Assembly: GCA_043228905.1 (NCBI GenBank)
Contig: JBHGNT010000020.1
Location: 8,494,001-8,558,000, forward strand
DNA length: 64,000 nucleotides
Source: Azolla caroliniana
Lineage: Eukaryota; Plantae; Polypodiophyta
Direction of reading: 5' to 3'
The translations under genes were made by a program, and so were the position numbers. The notes under the pieces were generated by a model that saw only the letters and a program-made list of their open reading frames with translations, did no database searches and was not told the origin of the DNA. Of this stretch, positions 12,983-24,989 are shown piece by piece; the first letter of the stretch is position 1, and each line of letters opens with the position of its first letter.

Positions 12983-14134
12983 TTAGTCGTTTAACTCTTC
13001 TTCTAACTGACTAAGGACATCAAATTTGTTCGCTAGATCTAGGCTATTAGTACTATTAGTACTATCAGATATCCCTACTGTAATAGGCTCGGGTTTAGTA
13101 CAATTAGAACTAACAACTATTTGGTTTACCTGTCTTCTTGGCCTATGGGGACAATTGATTGCAATGTGTCCTGGTCCACCGCAGTAGAGACATAGTCGAT
13201 TTGTTCGGCGTCGCTGCTTTTCTTCTTCGGATAATGGTCCTCGACGACGTGTAGTGTCAATCTCCATCGGAGTTGGAGTATTCACTAGAGGCGCATTATA
13301 GTACTCCATGGGTAAATGTTTTGCTACCATTGAGGCGTAGGTGGGGTCTGATCTTGCCCTCGGCATCTGTAGCTGTCGTTCCGAACGTCGCTCAAAGAGG
13401 CGGTTATCACATCTGACCGTGCGACTGATTGCTTCTATTAAGGACTTTGGCTCTTCAGGGAAAGTCAAGAGTAAATCCTTGACATCGTTGCGTAAACCAT
13501 AACGAAATTGCTCCATCAGCGCTTGATCATCCCAAGGGATGTCAGCGGCAAGTAGACGGAAATCTGCAGCATATGCAGAGGCTGGACGGTCTCCTTGGCG
13601 TAATCGCCGGATTTTGTTGATTGCGGTCCTTATGTTGTCAGTATCCCCAAAGCATGCTTTAAACTCACCTATAAACTCTTCAAAGTTGTTGAGTAATGGA
13701 GACTCCTTTTCCAACAGTGGAGCGAACCATGCCAACGTTGAGCCACTTAACAGCGTCCCTACTAAACCCACTCGTGATGCATCGGTAGGATATCGGGAAG
13801 GATGCATTTGAATAACTAATCGTACCTGATTAAGGAACCCTCTAAACTGCGATCGTGTTCCATTGAACTTCGTGGGAAGGCCAATCTTGGGTTCCTTATG
13901 AATCCCTGGTGTTCCGGGGCCTTGTTGTTGCATCGCTACGATGGTTGCTTCGAGTTGTTGCACGCGTAATGCAAGTTCCCCATGTTGTTGTTGCATTTGT
14001 TGCTTTTCTAAGGAGATTTGTTGAAGATCCCCCAACAACCATTGATTTTCTTGTTCCAAAGCAAGGAACTTCTCTTTTAGGCATTGAAACTCTGAGAAAA
14101 CAGATTGATATTCTTGAGCGCTAACTGTGGCCAT
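12983..14134 (-). CDS. gag: Chromovirus Gag (coiled coil, retrotransposon gag, CCHC knuckle), intact 383 aa
   Basis: Uninterrupted ORF; PMEID motif; CLYCGGPGHIAINC. Confidence 0.9.
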   Translation of the reverse strand: MATVSAQEYQSVFSEFQCLKEKFLALEQENQWLLGDLQQISLEKQQMQQQHGELALRVQQLEATIVAMQQQGPGTPGIHKEPKIGLPTKFNGTRSQFRGFLNQVRLVIQMHPSRYPTDASRVGLVGTLLSGSTLAWFAPLLEKESPLLNNFEEFIGEFKACFGDTDNIRTAINKIRRLRQGDRPASAYAADFRLLAADIPWDDQALMEQFRYGLRNDVKDLLLTFPEEPKSLIEAISRTVRCDNRLFERRSERQLQMPRARSDPTYASMVAKHLPMEYYNAPLVNTPTPMEIDTTRRRGPLSEEEKQRRRTNRLCLYCGGPGHIAINCPHRPRRQVNQIVVSSNCTKPEPITVGISDSTNSTNSLDLANKFDVLSQLEEELND

Positions 14135-14758
14135 GGGATTAAAAGAAAAGAGAAATAAGAGATTAGTATGAAGGGAGAGAGACAGAAGGGAAATTGGTTC
14201 AAACTGTCAGGGATAGTACTAAACAAAGATAGGATTAGTACTAAACAGAGAGAGAATTAGTACTAGAGAAGGGAAGTACTATTAGAACTAAGGGTGTGTA
14301 AGACTCCCGAGAGAGGAAGAGAACAGAGGAGAGAGAGAGAGAGAGAGAGAGCGAGAGATGATGATAACAGGTTATATATTATAAGAAGAGTAAGTACAAA
14401 AGGGCTATGAGGCTAAAGACTGGTGTTGAACCAATTTGGTTCAACATAATGCCTAATGTCGTCTTTTATAGTGTTCTTAGGAGTAATCCTCAAGCTTCTA
14501 GAATGTTCCAGAGAAATCTAGAATATACATTGATTTCCTATAACAAAATGTAAATGAAAATAATATCCTACGTATTACAATAGATGATATAATGGTCAAG
14601 AGCTCGACCCATATAACCTAAGGTCATGGGTTCGAGTCTTGCCATATCATGACATAAGCTAGGGCAAGCGCCCTTTCTGCTATTTACAAAACTAGCTTGG
14701 TATGTCCATGGGCTAGTGTTAACCTATTCCTATGGGAAGTTGAGTTCGACTCTCAACA

Positions 14759-15526
14759 AGACGAGATCATTTCCCATTGAGATCATGGCCATGGAAAGGG
14801 TTATTAACTACATGCTTAAGGTTCAAAAAAGTCCCTCACATCGACTTCCTAGAATTGCATGGGAAGCAAGCAAAAAGATCCAAAAGACGCATAAAAGCAA
14901 AATTTTGTGTTCCGGTTGAATGCAAGATATAGAAATATGGTTTGGTAGATGGGATGCGAGACACTTGCTTCATGCATCACTAGATTCCTCTGTAAATGAG
15001 GCATTTTTGCAACGCCAATGTATCGTGACATGGGACAAATGTGGAGGCTCACGCGTCACACATTATACTACACATGTCGGACCTAACTACAAAACCGTAT
15101 TCTTTCCAGAACGTGGAAACCGTACAAATCGATACATGTTAGAGCCCATACCAATATCTATCATTCGAACCATTGCTTCCATGCGACTTAGCTCACAAGT
15201 GATGAGAGTGGTCGGCTATGCACACTTTGCCCTAAACAAGTTCGTGAGTCTGAGTATCACACTTTGATACAATGCTCTGCCTTTGATCATATTAGACCAT
15301 GCTTTCCACATCTCTTCGACCGATCCCAATCCTTGCATGAATTCCTCTCACAACCACAATGTGCACTCTCGATTGCAAGATTCATTGGTAAAGTTCTTGA
15401 ACATCGAGAGTTACTACTCACTTTCACACGTATCACATGAAATGTAATATTTTTGGTCTCATAGGTCATGTTTGACCTCCGAAGGCGATAATATAATATA
15501 TCTATCTATCTATCTATCTCTATCTT
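14759..15526 (+). mobile_element. 3' end of a LINE (RTE-like), ending in a (CTAT)n tail
   Basis: Peptides SHRLPRIAWE... and IRPCFPHLFDRSQSLHEFLSQ... resemble a LINE C-terminus. Microsatellite tail 15500-15526. Second copy of the 3' end at ~19800-20000. Confidence 0.6.
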
Positions 15527-18500
15527 TCTAAGCTTTCCATTAAACCGGCGTATATTCTCTATTGCTATCTAGTGAAGCCAGTTTCATCCACAAGCTTCCA
15601 CACGCTACTTTTTACATGGTATCAACGTGCGAGGGTTGAAAACCTCTGTTGCCAACTATCGATTTCCATAGATGAACCCTAACTTCCGGAAAAGCACAGA
15701 CCGAAAAGAAAAGAAATGGACAGAGGGATGGTAAGCTCGCTCCCGACAAAGAAACTCGACAGAACTAACTACGCATCTTGGTCATACAATATGCACCAAT
15801 ATCTACTTGGACACAGATACTACAACTATCTCAAAGGAGCAAACGAGGTTGCGTCAAAGCCGGCACACAAGGACTTCCCGGCATGGGAGTAAGGAGTGAG
15901 CAGAGTGTTCTACTGCCTTGTGTCCTTTGTGCACGACCAGATGATCGGTTACATCAAGGATGCAAAAACTCCGAAAGAAGCTTCAGACAATTTGAAGAAG
16001 ATTTTCATGGCAACACAACGGCCCAGAAGTTGCAGCTCGGACAAGAGCTCCACAACATCTAACTGAGGAACATGTCGGTTACCGACTACACCATGAAGGT
16101 AAAGGAGATCTGCAACGTGTTCGGTTGCATCAACGTGACAGTGGACGAAGACGAGATGGTTCAGATCTGCCTCGGCGGTCTAGCACAATGGTACGGGCCG
16201 ATCTGGACGACGATTGCACCAAGGAGAAACCATCGTCCTTCTTCAACCTGCAATTGATTCTGATGTTCGAAGAAAACCACGCGAGTGGGTCAAAGACGAC
16301 TGAACCGGACAGTCGGATGTTGTACACGGAGGCGAATTGGCCCTGTGGGCGTTGAAGACGAGGTGGGTGGGCACGCAATAGTGGCGGCTGGCAAGAGCAA
16401 AATCGGAGGTACAGAGATAGTGCCGACAACAATTCTGGACCCTCCACAAGCAGGGGGAGTCAAGGCGGCACCGAAAACCGGCAATCGAAAACCGGCAATC
16501 GAAAACCGGCAATCGAAAGCCGACACGGAATGCTGGTACTGTGGCAAGAAAGGCCACCAGGAGAGCGAGTGTTGGAAGAAGCGTGCCGATTCAGATAGAT
16601 CCAGATCAAGCAAGGCCAAACAAGGGAACTGGTAAAGCTCGCACAACGCAGAAGGATCTCAAGGATCCGATACCGGAAAGACTGGAAAAGGGCCAACCTT
16701 CGTGATGAAGCACAAGGCAGACTCGATGAAAAAGACTACTTCTGCATCAGAGGAAGTGTGGTATGTTGATTGTGGAACATTTAACCACATGACAAGCCAC
16801 AAAGAGTGGTTCTCGTTTCTGGAAAAGCCGGAGCAACCGAGAGTTGTCAAAACCAGAGACTACACTCCTCACCTTATCGAGCATGTTGGAGAAGTTTCCT
16901 TGAGTCATGTCGGACAAAAGGGAAAGTTAATGAATATTTTACATGTTCTAACAATCACGAAGAACCTAGTGTTGGTTAGACAGATCATCGACCAAGGGAT
17001 GCAATTGCGGTTTACGCACCTCGATGCTTCATCGAGGAAGACGGCTAGATCATTGCATAAGGGCACCAGGAAGGGAGGATGTTTATAACCCTCAACACTT
17101 ATGACGTCGACACTGCTCTATTCGCCAAAGGACAAAAAATTGAGTCAGACATCGACTTATGGCACAAACGAGTAGGCCATGTCAACTACTAGAGGCTTCA
17201 AGATCTGCAATCGAAACAGGTAGTTTCCGGATTGCCAAAATTTATTGGCTGGAAGGCCCAATTTTGTGAAGCCAGCCAGCTAGGGAAGCAACACCGGCTT
17301 CCATTCCCCACCGAAAGAAATCGGAGCCATAACAAGCTCGAATTGATACATTCGGATGTATGGGGATCGGCACAAAATGTTAGTCTGGGAGGGAGCCAAT
17401 ATTTCGTCTTCGTCATCGACGACTACAGCTGGCACACGTAGATATATCTCATCGAGAAGAAAAGCGAAGTCTTTGACTGTTTCTAGAACCTCCAAAGTCT
17501 TGTCAAACGGGAAATGGAGAGAAATATCAAGAGTCTGCGGTCAGATGGTGGAAAAGAATACTTTTCCGGCCAATTTAATAGTTATCTACAGCAGAAAGGA
17601 ATTCAGAGGGAATTCAGCTGCCAATACATGACGAAACAAAATAGCATGGCCGAAAGGAAGAACTGGTTGATTGTTGAGGCGCCACGGGCAATGCTTGAGG
17701 AGAAAAGCATGCCCAAGTTCTACTGGGCCAAGGCCGTCCGGACGGCCGTTTACATCCAAAACCAGATTGGGGATAAGGTGTCAGCACACGAGCTATATTC
17801 CGGGCGTAAGCCGAATTTACGACATCTTAGGGTATTCGGCAACATTGCCTATGTGCATGTGCCGGATGAGAGCTGGAGAAAGCTAGACCTGAAGTCATAG
17901 AAGTGTACCCTTGTCGGCTACTCACATGAGCAAAAGGGTTATAAGTGTTATAACCCCCGAACAAAACAAGTTCGAGTGAGCGGAGATGTCGAATTTGAAT
18001 CAGCATCATGGTACTCTTTACCGACTCCGACCCCCGACTTCAACCCGATTCCAGAAGATGAGGCCAGTGAGCCCGAAATGATCAAGGCAAAAGATGATGA
18101 AGGATTCAGTACTCTAGATGAGATTCCAATCTCATTTCGGTTGAGCGAGTTGAATGAAGAGCTGAGTTGGAAGGACCAGTAAGATGATGAGTCGGCGAGC
18201 AACGAAGACTTGGTCGTGCTCTCCCCACGTAAGGAACGAAGGAGAGGTCCACACGCAAAGAGAAGGGGAAGAAGAAGATGCCAAAGTATGACACCGGCAG
18301 AGAAGAGTCGGATCGGAGCGAGTCCGACTCTAGAAAGAACGAAGACGGACCTTCAGAGATGAAGTGTGAGCCGGCCAAGAGGGCCTTGAAATTGGCTAAC
18401 GAGAAGTTATGTTGATCGACCCGCCAGAAGAACCCCGTCAAATGGTATGGGTATAATGAGTGCATGGCGCATCACTATGTGTACATGAAGAAAGTGGTAG

Positions 18501-19477
18501 AAGTGCATCAGTCGGAGAGCTACGTAGAACCGGCAAAGGACACATTGGCGTGCCGCAATGGAGGAAGAAATGCGGGCACTCGATGCCAACGACACATGGG
18601 ACTTGGTTGACCCTCCCCGACATTATAAACCAATCTGCTACAAGTGGGTTCTCAAGGTGAAGTACAATGCCGACAATTTGGTCAACTGGTACAAGGCCCG
18701 GTCAGTGGCCAAAGGATATGTGTAGACCCACATAATCGACTACAACGAGAGACCTTCGCTCTTGTAGCGAAGATCATGAAGGTCTGTGTGGTGCTAGCGG
18801 TTGTTGCAGCAAGGGGGTGGCATCTTCACCAAATGGACGTGAAGAATGTGTTTCTTCAAGGTGACCTTGAAGAACAAGTCTACATGATCCAACCCCCCGG
18901 TTTTCAATCGGAGATGAACAAGTCGATAGTGTGATGATTCAAGAAGTCGCTTTATGGCTTGAAGCAAGCCCCCCGTGCTTGGAATTCAAAAATCACGTAC
19001 CGGTTGCGTAAGATGGGGTTTGCGGCCTCGAAGTCGGACTCGTCATTATTCATCTAGAAAGGTCAAGATGGTCTGGTATGTATCCTGCTATATTTGGACA
19101 ATCTAGTTATTACTAGACTCGGACTCGTTAAAATCGGTCGAGTGAAGCCCTAGTTGTCAGATGTATTCGAAATGAAGGGCCTTGGGAACCTTCATTACTT
19201 CCTCGGGATCAAGGTGATCCATACCCTCGACAGCATATTGTTGTCCCAGAGACATTACGTGTTGAATATGTTGTTCAAGTTTGGCATGACCAATTGCCAA
19301 CCAGTCTCCACACCCCTGGACCGGAACTTAAAGCTACGTGCCGACTTTTGACCAGCCTACGATGAGAAATGGTTCCGGAAAATTGTCGGAAGCCTCATAT
19401 ACTTGACCATCCACCGACCCGATATCAATTATCCTGTCGAGATGATAAGCCCGTTTATGTAGAAGCCGATCATGTAG

Positions 19478-19643
19478 TAGGGATCGGCAACGGTTCGGTT
19501 TAGGGTTACCCGATTTGGCCTTATCCAAGCCAAACCGATTAAGTCTAAACCATTTTCGGGTTCTCAAACCTGAACCAAACGAATCCTAAATCGGTTTGGG
19601 AGACGACTTGGAAACCGGCTTGTCAAACGGTTTGGAAACCTTC

Positions 19644-19674
<31 letters not shown>

Positions 19675-20371
19675 AAACGCTCCACTATGTAGAATACAAG
19701 CTCCTTGCCTTCCTCCCTTTCTCTCTCTCAGACGATCCACTATGTAGAATACAAGCTCCTTGCCTTCCTCCCTCCCTCTCTCTCTCCCTCCCTCCCTCTC
19801 TCTTCGATCGAGCCCAATCCTTGCACGAATTTCTCTCACAACCACAATGTGCACTCTCGATTGCAACATTCATTGGTAAAGTTCTTGAACATCGAGAGTC
19901 GCTACTCACCTTCACACGTATCACATGAAATGTAATATTTTTTGTCTCATAGGTCATATTTGACCTCCGAAGACGATAATATAATCTATCTATCTATCTC
20001 TCATGTTTGTGTAGTCTCTCTCTCTCACTCTCTCACTCTCTCTCGTCTGTGTAGTCTCCTATCTCCCTCTCTCTCTCTCTCCTCTGTGTAGTCTCCTATC
20101 TCCCTCTCTCTCTCTCTCCTCTGTGTAGTCTCCTATCTCCCTCTCTCTCTCTCTCTCCTCTGTGTAGTCTCCTATCTCCCTCTCTCTCTCTCTCTCTCCT
20201 CTGTGTAGTCTCCTATCTCCCTCTCTCTCTCTCTCTCCTCTGTGTAGTCTCCTATCTCCCTCTCTCTCTCTCTCTCCTCTGTGTAGTCTCCTATCTCCCT
20301 CTCTCTCTCTCTCTCCTCTGTGTAGTCTCCTATCTCCCTCTCTCTCTCTCTCTCCTCTGTGTAGTCTCCTA

Positions 20372-20403
<32 letters not shown>

Positions 20404-20615
20404 CTCATCTAAGTAGTCTCCCACCCTCTCTCTCTCTCTATCTCAAGTTTCTAAACGCCTTAACCGTGTTCAGCTGGTTTGGTGAGGCTCAAGCTAAGCC
20501 GAGCCGAGCTCAAACCGTTAAGGCAGGCTCAAGCCTAAGCCGAGCCGAGCCTCTAAGCCGCTAAGTCGCTTTAGCCTAACAGTTTACGCTTCAGCCGAGC
20601 CGTTGTCGATCCCTA
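19478..20615. mobile_element. Non-autonomous hAT-type DNA transposon inserted in copia RT
   Basis: TIR TAGGGATCGGCAACGGTTCGG / CCGAGCCGTTGTCGATCCCTA. Subterminal AACCG/AGCCG motifs. Degenerate 8-bp TSD TCATGTAG / CCGTGTGG, differing only by transitions. Confidence 0.8.
20005..20440. repeat. Minisatellite, ~36-40 bp unit CTCTGTGTAGTCTCCTATCTCC(CT)n
   Basis: About 10 tandem units visible directly. Confidence 0.95.
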
Positions 20616-23600
20616 CCGTGTGGCACCTTCAATGCGCGCACCGAATACTGAGGTATGTTAGTGGCACTAAGGACCGGAGACTATTATACCAACATGGTAT
20701 AACCGAGAAGCTAGTCAGCTATACAAATGTCGACTAGGACAGTGATGCGTCGCATCGTCGGTCCACTTCCGGTTTTTCATTTTCTCTTGGTAGTGCAGCT
20801 GTTGCGTGGAGCAGTAAAAAGCAACTGACAGTGGCTTTATCGAGCACTGAGGCTGAGTATCGGGGCGCTACCGTTGCCACCTGTGAAGCCATTTGGCTTC
20901 GGCGGTTGTTGCAAGACCTCCAGATCGAAGTACCAGCTTTGATCCCGATCTATTGCGACAACATGAGTAGCATGCAGCTTCCCAAAAATCCTCTGTTCCA
21001 TGCTCAGACGAAGCACATAGAAGTGCATTATAACATTGTGTGCGAGTGTGTCCTCAACGGTGAAGTCAAACTTCGATATGTTAAGAGGGATCGGTAGATT
21101 TCCGACATCTTCACCAACACACTTGGAACCAACAAGTTGCAACATTTTTCAAAGATGCTTGGGCTACAACATCTCGACATGCCGCACTTGATGGGGAGAA
21201 CTGGAACAAAAACAGGTAATTCCACCGGACAAAGAGTCAGAGAGAAGGAAACAACCAAAACAGGGGGAGACAAGAAGAAAAAGGGAGTTGAGTCGTCCAA
21301 ACAAGTCGGAAAAAGCAACGACAGCGGCAGACTCAAGAAGGACAAAGCCGGCCAAAAGAAGAAGGCCAAGACTCAAACGTGGTCCGATGTTGTGAGGGGC
21401 CTGAAGATTGAGGACGAGTTGGAGACATCCGATTCGGGCAAGAGCTGGAACGAATCGGAGGCACCCGATTCGGAAGAGGTGGTTGATTTGGAGGAGCCAG
21501 ATCAACAGAAGGCCAAACACTGAGCAGGAGCCAAAAGAAAGGACCGGCAAACACTGACACCACAATCCGACCTCAAGTGGGGCTTGAGAGGGAGTGTGGA
21601 GCGGACAAGCTCAACTGGATCCGGATCGCCTGAATAAGCCAAAGCCGGATTAGAGTTTAGATTGAAGAACCGGATCGATATCCAGAACTAAGAGCCGAAT
21701 AGGAGACCTGGATTGTAATCCGAATCAATATGAACCGGTAGTGCCATTAGAGGCCTATGAATCTAGCCTAGTACGTAAGCATATGGGATTCTGTGTCAAA
21801 TGCTCGTATGAGCATTGAAGTACATGTCAGTACTTTTGTTAGTCCTTTTGAGGACTTGTATAAAAAGTGTTCTGTAGGACATTGTATGTATAGAGTGTTG
21901 TTATTTTGAATTGAGCTTATTGTTCTGCTCTCTCTGTCTCTCCCGCGTACTCTTTGTGTGTCTAAGCTTTCCATTAGACCTGTGTATATTCTTTGTTGCT
22001 ATCCGGTGAAGCCGGTTTCATCTACAAGCTTCCGCACACTACTTTTTACACTCTTTGAGCAATATGTCTCTTTGTGTAACTGTCTCCTTCTTGTCTATTC
22101 TCTTGTTGCATAGTGAACAAATCTTCCTTAGTTGCTTCTTGTTGTTTGTCTAACTTGACAACAAATCCTACTTACTTCCGCATATTTAGCTGACTAAGAC
22201 AATAATATCTCACTTATTCTTCAAAAATCCCAATCATGCATGTATATATAGCATTCCTCCTTGTACAAAATGATGCAATAACACACAATCTTTCTTAGCC
22301 TAACTACCTGTGTAACTGTCTCTCTCTCTCTCTCTTTCTCTGTGAATACTTTGTGTATATTGCATTCTTGATATTATATAGGATCTCAAGCTTACTCTAT
22401 GCTTGTTGTTCTTAAACAAGATCCATAAACATTCCATAGAAGCATAGCCTAGTCAACCAAACACACAACCAGTGTCAACAATAAACACTCATTTGTTTCA
22501 AATGAAGCTTTCTTGCATTCTCTAATCTCATTTTTTAGTTTCACAATCCTTCTTCTTAAGACTCTCATTCTCAATAACAATAATTTGTAGTTTTGCAATC
22601 TCTTTTATGAGTGCACTCATCTCTTCATTTTGTTTGTTTATGGTTTCGTGAAGAGAAATGAAATGGTCGGTAAGCATTATCTCCATTGTGGCGGAGTTTG
22701 TTGCATTAATATCAAGAATCATTGTGGCTCATTATTGGTCATAGTCCCATTGAACTACAGAACTACAGATCGGCGGGTTAGACTACAGAACTTATTATTT
22801 AGAATTGGATTATCCACCAGAGTTTGTGAGTGATGCAATCATTCCCCTCGTTGTCGAGGAAATACGTGCCGGATTGGAGGTACTAACTTAGTGTCTACGA
22901 AATTTTGTTTTATGCAATAAATGAATGCCCTTACAACATAATTTGCCTAACAACTTGCTTATGCTTTTGGTACAACTGCATTGGTTAAAATAAGACACTC
23001 TACTATGAAGGCCATGCCAGGAATTTTGTTGTTGCTGGGGTTGGAGCTCAAGGCTGCGCCTCCAGCCAATTGGCAACTTTTACTAATCTCACCAAAGACT
23101 CCCGTGGTTGTATTAAATCTATCGATGACATCATTTGGAACAGTGGCCAACAAACGCTCGCGATGCTCAATGACCTTCATGACTTGCACCTTGATGCTAA
23201 TTACACTTTTGTTGATTACTACTCTGCCACTCACTATATCATCCACCATGCTGACCAATTCGGTATTTTTTTTTTAAATCCACACATACATTTGAAAACA
23301 TATATGTACATATTCGTGATTGTGTAGCTAAATTTATATAGGCTTACAGTTTAGTTTGGCTCTACAGAGATGCCTTCTCTACAACGAAAAGGAGTGACAT
23401 CAATGCAAGCTTATGCAACTATGAGCAAATCAAATTCACTAACTAAATATATAATAATAATAAACACAGATCCAAAATAAAAAATTTCCTATAGACAAAA
23501 TAGTTGTTGGTCTTCACATTCATAGAGGGAAAGAAATGGGGTGATTTAATTATGTTCCAATTAAAAGCTCTAAGAAAAACTTCATATTTTGTTCCAATTT

Positions 23601-23857
23601 CAATGATGGGAACGTAAAGACAAGCAACAATAAGTGAGTGGTTGTACATAATGGATACTTCTTAGTGTCCATTAGTGTCTAGTCCTTGAACATTGATAAC
23701 ATATGCATACTTCTTTACTGGTGGGTTCATAGTTTGCCAAATAGTTGTTAGCTATTGTGGAACCACACATCATTCTATTTTGAAACCATCTGTACCCATG
23801 AGTTCGCATAGGAATTAGCGAGGATTCAATATTTTTGAAAAGCAAAAGGATCACTTG

Positions 23858-24761
23858 TGTTACGGGCATGGCCATATCCCGTGGTAAGTTTTACCGTAGT
23901 ATTCTATACACATGGATAAAGTGTGAGGGTTAAACGAGAGTGTAAAGAAGGAAAGAATTACTTTTAATCCTTGGGATTGGGACAACCCATTGGGCCAAGT
24001 GTGAACTTGCTTGGGGGCCTTAGGTCTAGCTATAAATATGAGGCCTAGCTACCCTCATTTGATATATTATCGATTATGTTGAGACTCCGTCATTGTGGTG
24101 GGTCAACTCTGGAAGCGAGCGCGCCAACACTAGGTACGACTCGATGCCACGACAGTGGTATGGAATGCCGATCGAGGCTCGAGTTCGTCTCGATCCCTTC
24201 GCTCGGGGGTGGTCGGGTGGATCAACATCCTTCTTTATCGCTCTCTTTCTTATTTTAGATCTATTATATCCTTATATCATGCTTACATTAGTAGCTACCT
24301 CTAACAATGGGTATCATAGCAATTGTTAGAGCTAGCTACTAATGTAAAGAATATGATAAGGATTTAATCGATAAATAGATAAGAGTGGAGAGAGAAAGAA
24401 GGGTGTCAATCCACCTGAGCACCCTTGAGCGAAGGGATCGAGACGGACTCGAGCCTCGATCGGCGTCCCATACCATCATCGTGGCATCGAGTCGTACCTA
24501 GTGCTGGCGCGCTCGCGACAAGAGTTGACCCACAACAATGACAGAGTCTCGACATAGTCGATAATGTCCCAAATGAGGGTAGCTAGGTCTCATACCTAAG
24601 GCGCCCAGGCAAGTTCACACTTTGCCTAATGGGTTATCCCAATCCCAAGGATTAAAAGTAATCTCGTCCTTCTTTGCACTCTCGTTTAACCCTCACACTT
24701 TATCCGTGTGTATAGAATACTACGGTAAAACTTACCACGAGATATGGTCATGCCTGTAACA
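23858..24761. mobile_element. Inverted LTR pair (LTR 23858-24306, 17-bp PBS spacer, inverted LTR 24324-24761) with TSD ACTTG
   Basis: The two arms are reverse complements, each with TG...CA ends. The spacer holds a Met-type PBS remnant. ACTTG at 23853-23857 and 24762-24766. Confidence 0.9.
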
Positions 24762-24989
24762 ACTTGGCTTGGTTGTGAATGACCATTGTTTGATGATAAG
24801 TACCCCTCAAGTATTTGGTAACTAGTGTGACTAGTTTTTCACACATCCAAATGATAGTTGGGTATAATGTGAATACGAGAAATTCATTGACCACAATCTC
24901 TTATTAGGGAATTCAATGTGACATAATGAATTTAAAGAGTATTGTTATTCAAATGTACTAACTACCTTAATTGTTGAATCTCATTGTAG

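Larger units (their letters stand above)
8959..14654 (-). mobile_element. Full-length Ty3/gypsy chromovirus (Tcn1-like); LTRs 8959-9416 and 14205-14654; TSD TAAGC
   Basis: Direct LTRs TGTCAG...ATGACA. TAAGC at 8954-8958 and 14655-14659. PPT AAAGGGGGGATAT. Domain order gag-PR-RT-RH-INT-chromodomain. Pol carries stops and frameshifts. Confidence 0.97.
8045..14758 (-). mobile_element. Ty1/copia remnant: gag fragment, Met-i PBS 8752-8763, and a 5' LTR (8764-8958 + 14660-14758) split by the chromovirus
   Basis: Copia gag-like peptides (ORF 7976-8305). TGGTATCAGAGC PBS on minus. LTR ends TGTTAAG...CTCAACA. Same family as 15527-22050. Confidence 0.8.
15527..22050 (+). mobile_element. Degenerate Ty1/copia element: truncated 5' LTR 15527-15616, Met PBS, gag-pol pseudogene, PPT ~21585-21594, 3' LTR 21595-22050
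   Basis: CWYCGKKGHQESEC knuckle, WYVDCG protease, LRSDGGKEY integrase, HQMDVKNVFL RT, ALSSTEAEY RNase H. 15527-15616 matches the end of the 3' LTR. Confidence 0.92.

Noticed and set aside
20059-20424. ORFs with ERER/GDRRLH repeats, and a possible CRISPR-like array
   Set aside because: Translation artefacts of a CT-rich minisatellite. The spacers are only (CT)n length variants and there are no cas genes.
23858-24761. DIRS-type element or ordinary MITE
   Set aside because: The TG...CA arms, PBS remnant and 5-bp TSD indicate an integrase-type LTR origin. No tyrosine recombinase is present.
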